From NCBI GenBank assembly GCA_950097015.1, contig CATNEN010000038.1, forward strand, positions 2,046,001 through 2,110,000: a DNA stretch of 64,000 nucleotides. Reading direction: 5' to 3'. Source of the stretch: Macrostomum hystrix. Its lineage: Eukaryota; Animalia; Platyhelminthes. The position numbers and the translations under genes were made by a program. Positions 1 to 10,981 of this stretch are shown piece after piece (within the stretch, counting starts at the first letter, position 1; each line of letters opens with the position of its first letter). The notes under the pieces are model-generated. The model was given only the letters and a program-made list of their open reading frames with translations, did not search any database and was not told the origin of the DNA.

Positions 1-153
1 ATTCGGTTTGGGAGCTATCGTGAAGTAAGGGGTTGTCTTGACAAACCCCCTTTGTCTTTCAATAGGTAAGAGTATTTTTTGGTACTGTGGCAGCTTTGTT
101 CTTTGATTTTTGTCTAAAGAAACCAGGTAGCTAATTTAAATGATTAGAATATT

Positions 154-720
154 ATAAGGAGTGGATGGGGAAGAGGAGTGGATGGGGAAGAGGAGTGGAT
201 GAAGAAGAGGAGTGGATGGGGAAGAGGAGTGGATGAAGAAGAGGAGTGGATGGGGAAGAGGAGTGGATGGGGAAGAAGAGTGGATGGGGAAGAGGAGTGG
301 ATGGGGAAGAGGAGTGGATGGGGAAGAGGAGTGGATGGGGAAGAGGAGTGTATGGGGAAGAGGAGTGGTTGGGGAAGAGGAGTGGATGGGGAAGAGGAGT
401 GGATGGGGAAAAGGAGTGAATGGGGAAGAGGAGTGGATGGGGAAGAGGAGTGAATGGGGAAGAGGAGTGGATGGGGAAGAGGAGTGGATGGGGAAGAGGA
501 GTGGATGGTGAAGAGGAGTGGATGGGGAAGAGGAGTGGATGGGGAAGTGGAGTGAATGGGGAAGAGGAGTGGATGGGGAAGAGGAGTGGATGGTGAAGAG
601 GAGTGGATGGGGAAGAGGAGTGGTTGAGGAAGAGGAGTGGATGGGGAAGAGGAGTGGATGGGGAAAAGGAGTGGATGGGGAAGAGGAGTGGATGGGGAAG
701 AGGAGTGAATGGGGGAGGAG
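154..720 (+). repeat. 17-bp purine-rich minisatellite (GAGGAGTGGATGGGGAA)n, left arm of a large inverted repeat
   Basis: Directly visible tandem array; reverse complement of the 1546-2771 array. Confidence 0.95.
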
Positions 721-926
721 ATTGTATGATGAAGTCGAAGGGGTAGTGAAGGGGAGAATCGTGGATGGGGAAGAGGACTAGATCAGATCAAATTGAAGAG
801 CTTACCAATTAGGAAGAAGTCAGTAAAACAACTCAGGATAGTTCCTTTCAGAATATAATGTTAGAGCAAACGTGACTCATTTTGAATAGCTGAGCTTCTG
901 AGCAGGAAATGGTTGAATAGATGAGC
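721..926. repeat. Unique-sequence part of left inverted-repeat arm (pairs with 1335-1545)
   Basis: ATTGTATGATGAAGTCGAAGGGG...GGTTGAATAGATGAGC is a near-exact reverse complement of TGCTCACTATTCAACC...TTCATCATACAAT at 1335-1545. Confidence 0.93.
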
Positions 927-1334
927 AATGATTAGAATATTTTCTCTAAGATGACTGAGAAAATGAGTACCTTGAGAATCCTGCGATGCTACAGCGGTGC
1001 GAATAATTATCCTCTCCATTAGCAATGTAAAAGCGAGAAGAAAGTGGGAAGTTAAAAGTACACGCGGCCAAATAGCTGCAAGAGGCGATGCAAAGGAGGG
1101 GGAAATTTTCCTTGGAACTGGTCACGCAATCCGCTGGAACTTTTCCTTCATAGCCGCTCTCTGAGCACCCTTGTGAGCAGCATAGACTCATAGCCCTTTT
1201 AGCTTACTCGTGTGGCTTTTGAGAACTACTCCGCTGCTGCTGATGGGGATTCTTTGAGAACAGCGCCGCTGAGATAGCTATTGCACAAGGGGAGCTGATA
1301 ATTGGGGTAGAGGAAATTACTGCGAATCTGCAGT

Positions 1335-2771
1335 GCTCACTATTCAACCATTTCCTGCTCAGAAGCTCAGCTATTCAAAATGAGTCTGTCACGTTTGCTC
1401 TAACATTATCTTCTGAAAGGAACTATCCTGAGTTGTTTTACTAACTCATTCCTAATTGGTAAGCTCTTCAATTTGATCTGATCTAGTCCTCTTCCCCATC
1501 CACGATTCTCCCCTTCACTACCCCTTCGAATTCATCATACAATCTCCTCCCCCATCCACTCCTCTTCCTCATCCACTCCTCTTCCCCATCCACTCCTTTT
1601 CCCCATCCACTCCTCTTCCCCATCCACTCCTCTTCCCCATCCACTCCTATTCCCTATCCACTCCTATTCCTCATCCACTCCTCTTCCCCATCCACTCCTC
1701 TTCCCCCATCCACTCCTTTTCCCCATCCACTCCTATTCCCCATCCACTCATCTTCCCCATCTACTCCTCTTTCCAATCCACTCCTTTTCCCCATCCACTC
1801 CTCTTCCCCATCCACTCCTCTTCCCCATCCACTCATCTTCCCCATCTACTCCTCTTCCCAATCCACTCCTTTTCCCCATCCACTCCTCTTCCCCATCCAC
1901 TCCTCTTCCCCATCCACTCCTATTCCTCATCCACTCCTCTTCCCCATCCACTCCTCTTCCCCCATCCACTCCTCTTCCACATCCACTCCTCTTCCCCATC
2001 CACTCCTATTCCCCATCCACTCATCTTCCCCATCTACTCCTCTTCCCAATCCACTCCTCTTCCCCATCCACTCCTCTTCCCCATCCACTCCTTTTCCCCA
2101 TCCACTCCTCTTCCCCATCCACTCCTATTCCTCATCCACTCCTCTTCCCCATCCACTCCTCTTCCCCCATCCACTCCTCTTCCACATCCACTCCTCTTCC
2201 CCATCCACTCCTATTCCCCATCCACTCATCTTCCCCATCTACTCCTCTTCCCAATCCACTCCTCTTCCCCATCCACTCCTCTTCCCCATCCACTCCTTTT
2301 CCCCATCCACTCCTATTCCCCATCCACTCATCTTCCCCATCCACTCCTATTCCTCATCCACTCCTCTTCCCCATCCACTCCTCTTCCCCCATCCACTCCT
2401 CTTCCACATCCACTCCTCTTCCCCATCCACTCCTATTCCCCATCCACTCATCTTCCCCATCTACTCCTCTTCCCAATCCACTCCTCTTCCCCATCCACTC
2501 CTCTTCCCCATCCACTCCTTTTCCCCATCCACTCCTATTCCCCATCCACTCATCTTCCCCATCCACTCCTCTTCCTCATCCACTCCTCTTCCCCATCCAC
2601 TCCTCTTCCCCATCCACTCCTCTTCCCCATCCACTCATCTTCCCCATCCACTCCTTTTCCCCATCCACTCCTATTCCCCATCCACTCATCTTCCCCATCC
2701 ACTCCTCTTCCCCATCCACTCCTCTTCCCCATCCACTCCTCTTCCCCATCCACTCCTCTTCCCCATCCACT
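1335..2771 (-). repeat. Right inverted-repeat arm: ~210 bp unique head plus (CCACTCCTCTTCCCCAT)n array with higher-order blocks
   Basis: Visible array; identical 70-aa artefact ORFs at 2132-2344 and 2354-2566 show a 222-bp higher-order duplication. Confidence 0.93.
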
Positions 2772-3383
2772 CGGCCATTTGAATAGGTGATCTAACTTTT
2801 TCATGCACTTCAAATTTTCTCCCTTTCACCCCTCTACCCATCTCATTCCTCTATTCTTCTTAATCCTGAATCGGTTTTTTGTCGAGCATGGCTTAACATC
2901 TGGCTCAGTCATGTGAGTTTCTGTTGCTGATGACAACTACGAGAAAAAACTCAAATCTGAAATCATGACAATCTAAAAATAACTGAATATCGGTTTACCG
3001 TCAGGGTTTGCAGCGAGCGAATCTATGCTTAGACCCAGTTTTTGTCTATGTTCACATAAAATGATCAGAAAATTGCAGCGCACAATAGGAGGTAATCCCT
3101 ATAGAGCTGGAAAAGCATTGTAATTTTATCTGAAAAAAGCAACTGCAATTGTGCCTCTGATTAAATTTTTTTAGCGAGAATTTCTAGTCAGTCGCTCACC
3201 TGGATTGAAAAATCACTTTCAAAGGCGAAAGGCAGCATGATATTGTTAAAGTGCCTCCACCCTTCAGGCTGCTCAAGACTAGTTGGAAGTGTTTCAATAA
3301 TTGAGAGACGTGATCGATCGTTCTATTATTAGCAACTCCGGCAAACCCCCAAGCTGGAGAATCCAGACTGGGATTGGCACTCA

Positions 3384-3396
3384 CAGACAGGCTGGC

Positions 3397-3461
<65 letters not shown>

Positions 3462-3960
3462 GGCAGACAGACAGACAGGCAGAGTGACATTTTAGAGTGA
3501 AAGGCAGAGTGATATTTAGAGTGACAGGCAGAGTGAAATTTAGAGTGACAGGCGGAGTGAAATTTAGGCAGAGTGATTGGCAGAGTGACGTTTAGAGACA
3601 GACAGAGTGACTGACAGAGTAACAGGCAGAGTGACTGGCAGAGTAACAGGTACAGTGACAGGCAAAGTGACAGTGACGTTTAGAGACAGACAGAGTGACT
3701 GACAGAGTAACAGGCAGAGTGACTGGCAGAGTAACAGGTACAGTGACAGGCAAAGTGACAGGCAGAGTGACAGTTAGAGTGACAGGCAAAGTGACAGGCA
3801 GAGTGACAGGCAGAGTGACAGGCAGAGTGACAGGCAGAGTGACAGGCAGAGTGACAGGCAGAGTGACAGGCAGAGTGACAGGCAGAGTGACAGGCAGAGT
3901 GACAGGCAGAGTGACAGACAGAGTGACAGACAGAGTGACAGACAGAGTAACAGGCAGAGT
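3384..3960 (+). repeat. (GACA)n microsatellite grading into 12-bp minisatellite (AGAGTGACAGGC)n, innexin intron
   Basis: Visible tandem units ending ~28 nt before the acceptor CAG at 3986-3988. Confidence 0.95.
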
Positions 3961-3988
3961 GAAATGCCCAGTCGACGCTGGCCCGCAG

Positions 3989-6900
3989 GTAAGCCCATCC
4001 AGTGCTGGATCCCACAAGAGTTCACGAGAGGCTGGGAGGAGTACGCGGAGAACTACTGCTGGGTGGCGAATACCTACTATGCCTCTGTGGAGTCAGACCA
4101 CCTGCCTGACGAAGACGGTCGCAGGAGCCTCACAATCACCTACTACCAATGGGCGCCCATCGTCTTGGCCGTCCAGGCGCTGATGTTCTACCTGCCCTGT
4201 CTGATCTGGCGGCTCTTCATGAACTATTCGGGGTTCAATGTGCGCCGGCTGCTGCAAATGGCGGCCGATGCGAATGTTGTCATCCCAGAGGCGCTCAATA
4301 AGAATGTGCGCTTCATGGCCAGGTGCGAGTTCATTGTTTGCCTTACAAGTAATCAATTAACAGTGAGTTTGATGGCCTGTCAGCAGGTGAGTTGCTGAGG
4401 TGATGGGTGAGTTTGATGGCCTGTCAGCAGGTGAGTTGCTGAGGTGATGAGGTGAGTTTGATGGCCTGTCAGCAGGTGAGTTGCTGAGGTGATGGGGTGA
4501 GTTCGATGGCCTGTCAGCAGGTGAGTTGCTGAGGTGATGGGGTGAGTTTGATGGCCTGTCAGCAGGTGAGTTGATGAGGTGCTGAGGTGAGTTTGATGGC
4601 CTGTCAGAAGGTGAGCATGCGCTGTCCAAGTAAACTGTTGTTAATGAGCCGTTGCCACCATCGCCGTCAGGTACATGGAGGGCTGCATTTACCGTCAGCG
4701 GGAGTACAAGCGCGGCCTCGGTGTTCGCGTCAGGCGCTGCCTGTCGGCCTGCAGCTGCATCTGCTGCGGCAAGCGACACGGCAACTTTCTAGTGGTCCTG
4801 TACTTCTTTGTCAAGCTGCTCTACCTGTTGAACGCGTTCGGCCAGCTTTACTTAATGGAGAAATTTGTCGGCACGACCCACACCTTTTTCGGCCTGAGAG
4901 TTCTAATCGACATTTTCAAAGGTGTGCAATGGTATCATTCGTCCAACTTTCCTAGGGTCACGTTCTGTGATCTGCAGGCCCGCAAGATTGGACAGAATCA
5001 TCAGTGAGTGATGTTTGCTTTGCTAGTAATAGTGCTGTGTATTAGCTGATTTGCTCAGATAACTCTCCCATCACTCTCCACCACTCTTCACTCTCCTCCC
5101 TTCACTCTCCACCCTTCACTTTCCTCCCTTCACTCTCCTCCCTTCACTTTCCTCCCTTCACTTTCCTCCCCTCACTTAACTCCCCTCACTCTCCTCCCTT
5201 CACTCTCCTCCCTTCACTCTCCTCCCTTCACTCTCCTCCCTTCACTCTCCTCCCTTCACTCTCCTCCCTTCACTTTCCTCCCTTCACTCTCCACCCTTCA
5301 CTCTCCTCCATTCACTCTCCTCCCTTCACTCTCCTCCCTTCACTTTCCTCCCTTCACTCTCCACCCTTCACTCTCCTCCATTCACTCTCCTCCCTTCACT
5401 CTCCTCCCTTCACTCTCCTCCATTCACTCTCCTCCATTCACTCTCCTCCATTCACTCTCCTCCCTTCACTCTCCTCCCTTCATTCTCCTCCATTCACTCT
5501 CCTCCATTCACTCTCCTCCCTTCATTCTCCTCCCTTCACTCTCCTCCATTCACTCTCCTCCCTTCACTCTCCACCCTTCACTTCCTCCCTTTACTCTCCT
5601 CCCCTCACTCAACTCCCTTTACCCTCCTCCCCTCACTCTCCTCCGTTCACTTTCCTCCCTTTACTCTCCTCCCCTCACTCAACTCCCTTTACCCTCCTCC
5701 CCTCACTCAACTCCCTTCGCTCTCCTCCCCTCACTCTCCTCCCTTCACTCTCCTCCCCTCACTCTCCTCCTCTCACTCTCCTCCCTTCACTCTCCTCCCT
5801 TCACTCTCCACCCTTCACTTTCCTCCCTTCAATCTCCTCCCTTCACTCTCCTCCCTTCACTCTCCACCCTTCACTTTCCTCCCTTCAATCTCCTCCCTTC
5901 ACTTTCCTCCCTTCACTCTCCTCCCTTCACTCTCCTCCCTTCACTCTCCTCCCTTCACTCTCCTCCCTTCACTCTCCAGCCTTCACTCTCCTCCCCTCAC
6001 TCTCCTCCCTTCACTCTCCTCCCTTCACTCTCCTCCCTTCACTCTCCAGCCTTCACTCTCCTCCCTTCACTCTCCTCCCCTCACTCTCCTCCCTTCACTC
6101 TCCTCCCTTCACCCTCCTCCCTTCACTCTCCTCCCCTCACTCTCCTCCCTTCACTCTCCTCCCTTCACCCTCCTCCCTTCACTCTCCTCCGTTCACTCTC
6201 CACCCTTCACTTCCTCCCTTTACTCTCCTCCCCTCACTCAACTCCCTTTACCCTCCTCCCCTCACTCAACTCCCTTCACTCTCCTCCCTTCACTCTCCAG
6301 CCTTCACTTTCCTCCCTTCACTCTCCTCCCTTCACTCTCCAGCCTTCACTTTCCTCCCTTCACTCTCCTCCCCTCACTCTCCTCCCTTCACTCTCCTCCC
6401 TTCACTCTCCTCCCTTCACTCTCCTCCCCTCACTCTCCTCCCTTCACTCTCCTCCCTTCACCCTCCTCCCTTCACTCTCCTCCCTTCTGTCTCATCGCTT
6501 CAGCCTCCTCCCTTCACCCTCCTGCATTCACCCTCCTCCCTTCAGTCTCACCCCTTTTCCCAGTCTCAAAGCGTTTCCCAAAGCTTTCTCCTATTCTGGG
6601 TGAATCGCTGCCTGCTGGAATATGATCCGAGCCCAGCAGCAGCTGCAGCATGACGCAGTGAGAGATGAGCCAGAGCACAATCTGGAGCTTAGCATCGACT
6701 GTGGCTTAGAAAAGTGCATTGAGTCTCCGCCTGGGCCATCTGCATTGGGATCAGATTTGGCTCTGAAATGCCAGCATGCTAGCCTGTAAGCCCGAGCTGC
6801 ACTATGGGTATCACACAGCCGATGCTTGGGGATTATGAAACCTCAAGACTTTTAGGGTGGGGCAGATTCTCCCACCCCACCCGTAATTTTGCCCGCCCCC

Positions 6901-8377
6901 TAGAAAGCGAAAGTGAAAAGAAAGTGTGTCCCCACTGAGCTTGAGGATTACTTGCTTCTGGTTTGCCAAGAAACTATTAATGATGAGTGAAATGGACACT
7001 TTTTAATAAGCAGAGTCCAATCGAGGTCACAATTTGTTTCACTGGTCACACAACATCTGGCAGTGATGGATTCGTCCTCTCTGCCTCTTAACTAAATAGA
7101 CGAAGTCGTTATCTGGGAAAACTTTGGAGTCGCACGAATTCTGCGGAGGGTCGACACAAGGGTTTTTGGAGGGAGTAAACTATTGATTTGGGGAAGTCAA
7201 TTATTGATTTGAGGAAGTCAACTATTGATTTGAGGAAGTCAACTATTGATTTGAGAAAGTCAACTATTGATTTGAGGGAGTCAACTATTGATATGAGGGA
7301 GTCAACTATTGATTTGAGGGAGTCAACTATTGATTTGAGGGAGTCAACTATTGATTTGAGGGAGTCAACTATTGATTTGAGGAAGTCAGCTATTGATTTG
7401 AGGAAGTCAGCTATTGATTTGAGGGTGCAGTCAGCTATTGATTTGAGGGTGCAATCAGCTAATGATTTGAGGGTGCAGTCAGCTAATGATTTGAGGGTGC
7501 AGTCAGCTATTGATTTGAGGGTGCAATCAACTGTTGATTTGAGGAGGTCAACTATTGATTTTAGGGAGTCAGCTATTGATTTGAGGGTGCAGTCAGCTAT
7601 TGATTTGAGGGTGCAATGAGCTAATGATTTGAGGGTGCAGTCAGCTTTTGATTTGAAGGGTGCAGTCAGCTATTATTTGAGGGTGCAGTCAGCTATTATT
7701 TGAGGGTGCAGTCAGCTATTGATTTGAGGGTGCAGTCGGCTAATGATTTGAGGGTGCAGTCAGCTATTGATTTGAGGGTGCAGTCAGCTAATGATTTGAG
7801 GGTGCAATCAGCTAATGATTTGAGGGTGCAGTCAGCTATTGTCCCCACCCGCAGCTACACCCTGCAGTGCGTGCTGCCGCTGAACATGTTTCTGGAGAAG
7901 ATATACGTGTTCCTGTGGTTCTGGGTGGCCCTAGTGTGCCTCATCACAATGGCCTCATTCGTCAGTTGGTTCAGCCGGCTTGCGTTTGCCCGTCGCCGGA
8001 CCAGCTTCGTCCGCAAATACCTGAAGATCATGAACGCGCTGAAGGACACTGACCGCATGACCAGCCGAAAATTCGTGGAGCACTACCTGCGCGTTGACGG
8101 AGTCTTCATCCTGCGACTCATTGCTGCCAATTGCGGCGACATTGTAGCAGGCGACTTGGCCTGCGAGCTGTGGAGCATCTACCGACACAAGCGCCTGCAG
8201 GAGCTTGACGAGGCCAAGCTGGACCCCTGCTGTCATCACGATGTGCGCCGACACGCGGCCAATAACAACGCCAACTCGAGCATCAACGCCAACAATTCGT
8301 CGGCGGCGGCGGTGGCGGCTGCGGCGGCCCTTGTGGCCCAAATGGGCAACAACAATGGCGACGAGAACATTGTCTGA
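3989..8377 (+). CDS. inx: Innexin (gap-junction protein), 5'-partial; exons 3989-4322, 4671-5003, 7855-8377
   Basis: Innexin motifs [49 protein letters not shown]. Junctions are phase-compatible: cag|GT AAG, AG|gtgcga..cag|G TAC, CA|gtgagt..cag|C TAC. TGA at 8375-8377. The N-terminal exon was not found in the window. Confidence 0.96.
4362..4618 (+). repeat. 45-bp minisatellite (~6 units) in innexin intron, each unit with two GTGAGT motifs
   Basis: Unit GTGAGTTTGATGGCCTGTCAGCAGGTGAGTTGCTGAGGTGATGRG; clearly related to the 9540-10695 array. Confidence 0.92.
5065..6545 (+). repeat. 14-bp pyrimidine-rich minisatellite (CACTCTCCTCCCTT)n, innexin intron
   Basis: Visible tandem array of ~1.5 kb, almost G-free. 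Confidence 0.95.
7178..7841 (+). repeat. 21-bp to 24-bp polarised minisatellite (TATTGATTTGAGGAAGTCAAC to TATTGATTTGAGGGTGCAGTCAGC)
   Basis: Unit changes along the array; ends ~13 nt before acceptor CAG 7852-7854. Confidence 0.95.
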
Positions 8378-8589
8378 CAGTCGAGTCACGTGCAACAAGT
8401 CTTTTTGTTGCACAGATTCTGGCGTAAGCGCGAGTTATGCAGGCGGCACAGCTCGGCGCACATGTACTTCAAAGTCTTTATTTGCCTCAAAACATATCAT
8501 TATTTTGTTTTAAACGAATTTGTTTCGAAACCACTCGTAGAACTGTTTCTACCAAATCGCGTGTCGTATGTGTTACCTTTTCTATATTA

Positions 8590-8795
8590 CACCTGCCCCG
8601 ATTGGGTCAGATGTGCAGCCGACAGCACAGGTAGGCGACATCTGAATGCTGCATGCGTACAGCTGTTCAGTCCATGGACTTAGGAGATGCCACACCAACG
8701 CTTAAAGGACACAAATTGTACCAGCTTAGTCAGGAATCGAACCTCCGACTTTCTAATCATGGTACCGAAGGCTTAACCACTAGGCTACAACCCCC
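8590..8795 (-). mobile_element. tRNA-derived SINE, family A (internally deleted copy), downstream of innexin stop
   Basis: Minus strand GGGGTTGTAGCCTAGTGGTT (A box) ... GGTTCGATTCC (B box). Head and tail match the 50481-50765 copy. Confidence 0.8.
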
Positions 8796-9539
8796 AGTGT
8801 GTTTTGCAGGCCTGAGTATGTGTTAATAAGGCCTGCGCAATGTGCTTCAAAATTAATAAACAAGTCAACTAGTTTTGCTTGCTTTTCCTTCAGCTAAATT
8901 TACTCTGATATTTTTTCTCGAAGTGTCTCAAAAATAGTCCTCGTATGTATAGCTTTTAAACTTCGATCGAAAATAAATTTGCTTGGCTCAACTGTACCTG
9001 CTTGTTGATAGTCTCTCCTGAAAGTCCAGATTCTGTAAGAAAAATTATCCGAAAATTAATTTTAAATAAACAATATTAACGAAGTTATTTTACGAGACAA
9101 TTTTATGGTTTCTGTAAAGCTTCTTGCATTACTAAATTAATACATTTTTTCTAGACGCGAATACAATCACAGTGACTCCGAAATAAGAATTCTATCGATG
9201 AAAAGTGCATAAAAAATCTGGTCATTGGTGAGAAGACACAAGTCGACAAAAACCAGTTAAACTGTTCGGCTGTTTACAAATTTGCAGCCTATTTTCACTA
9301 GTTTCAGCATCACAGATAATCAAAGTTATCATTGTAGAGAAAACCTGAAAGCTCCATAAAAACGGAGAAATGATCACAGTTAGAGACAGTCAGCATGCTC
9401 GGATTGGCAGCCCAATTAATTTCTAGAACGTACTGCTGTCGAATGCATCCGCTGACAACTGACGAACCATTTCAACGTCGCGCTGTGCAACAAAGTCCTA
9501 AAATTCAGTATAACCGGTGACAGGTGGGTTGACGGATAT

Positions 9540-10695
9540 GAGGTTATGGTGTGAGTGTGATAACCTGTTAACAGGTGAGTCAATGAGGTTATGAGGTGAG
9601 TGTGATGACCCGTTAACAGGTGAGTCAATGAGGTTATGAGGTGAGTGTGATAACCCGTCAACAGGTGAGTCAATGAGGTTCTGAGGTGAGTGTGATGACC
9701 TGTTAACAGGTGAGTCAATGAGGTTATGAGGTGAGTGTGATAACCCGTCAACAGGTGAGTCAATGAGGTTCTGAGGTGAGTGTGATGACCCGTTAACAGG
9801 TAAGTCAATGAGGTTATGATGTGAGTGTGATGACCCGTTAACAGGTGAGTCAATGAGGTTATGAGGTGAGTGTGATGACCCGTTAACAGGTGAGTCAATG
9901 AGGTTATGAGGTGAGTGTGATAACCCGTTAACAGGTGAGTCAATGAGGTTCTGAGGTGAGTGTGATGACCCGTTAACAGGTGAGTCAATGAGGTTATGAG
10001 GTGAGTGTGATAACCCGTCAACAGGTGAGTCAATGAGGTTATGGTGTGAGTGTGATAACCCGTCAACAGGTGAATCAATGAGGTTATTGTGTGAGTGTGA
10101 TAACCCGTTAACAGGTGAGTCAATGAGGTTATGGTGTGAGTGTGATAACCAGTCAACAGGTGAGTCAATGAGGTTATGAGGTGAGTGTGATGACCTGTTA
10201 ACAGGTGAGTCAAAGAGGTTATGAGGTGAGTGTGATGACCTGTTAACAGGTGAGTCAATGAGGTTATGAGGTGAGTGTGATGACCCGTTAACAGGTGAGT
10301 CAATGAGGTTCTGAGGTGAGTGTGATGACCCGTTAACAGGTAAGTCGATATGAGGTTTTTAGGTGAGTTTGATGGTCAATTAACAGGTGAGTCGATAGGA
10401 GGTTCTGAGGTGAGTGTGATGACCTGTTAACAGGTGAGTCAAAGAGGTTATGAGGTGAGTGTGATGACCCGTTAACAGGTGAGTCAATGAGGTTATGAGG
10501 TGAGTGTGATGACCCGTTAACAGGTGAGTCAATGAGGTTCTGAGTTGAGTGTGATGACCCGTTAACAGGTGAGTCGATATGAGGTTTTTAGGTGAGTTTG
10601 ATGGTCAATTAACAGGTGAGTCGATAGGAGGTTCTGAGGTGAGTGTGATGACCTGTTAACAGGTGAGTCGATAGGAGGTTCTGAGGTGAGTTCGA
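9540..10695 (+). repeat. 45-bp minisatellite (~25 units), same family as 4362-4618
   Basis: Unit GAGGTTATGAGGTGAGTGTGATGACCCGTTAACAGGTGAGTCAAT. Confidence 0.95.
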
Positions 10696-10981
10696 TGGCG
10701 TCTCACCAGACGAGCTGATGAGTCCAATATAGCTGATGATTGAAACCCAGTAGACAAAAATCAGATTTGAAATGTTAATTTTTTCTACTTGAGGAATGCA
10801 TTTAGCCACTGACTGGACAGACGAGCCACACGTGACAAAGCAGACACCCAGGTCTGATTACAGCATGGACAAAGTGGTTTCAACGAGACAATTAACACGG
10901 GAGAGCTAGTAATAAACAGACACCAATAATAAGCGGATCACCAAAGGACAATATGGACACCAATAACTCAGCTGACTGATG

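Noticed and set aside
9540-10695. Possible CRISPR array (also 20826-21255)
   Set aside because: Head-to-tail units with no unique spacers, no cas genes, eukaryotic context.
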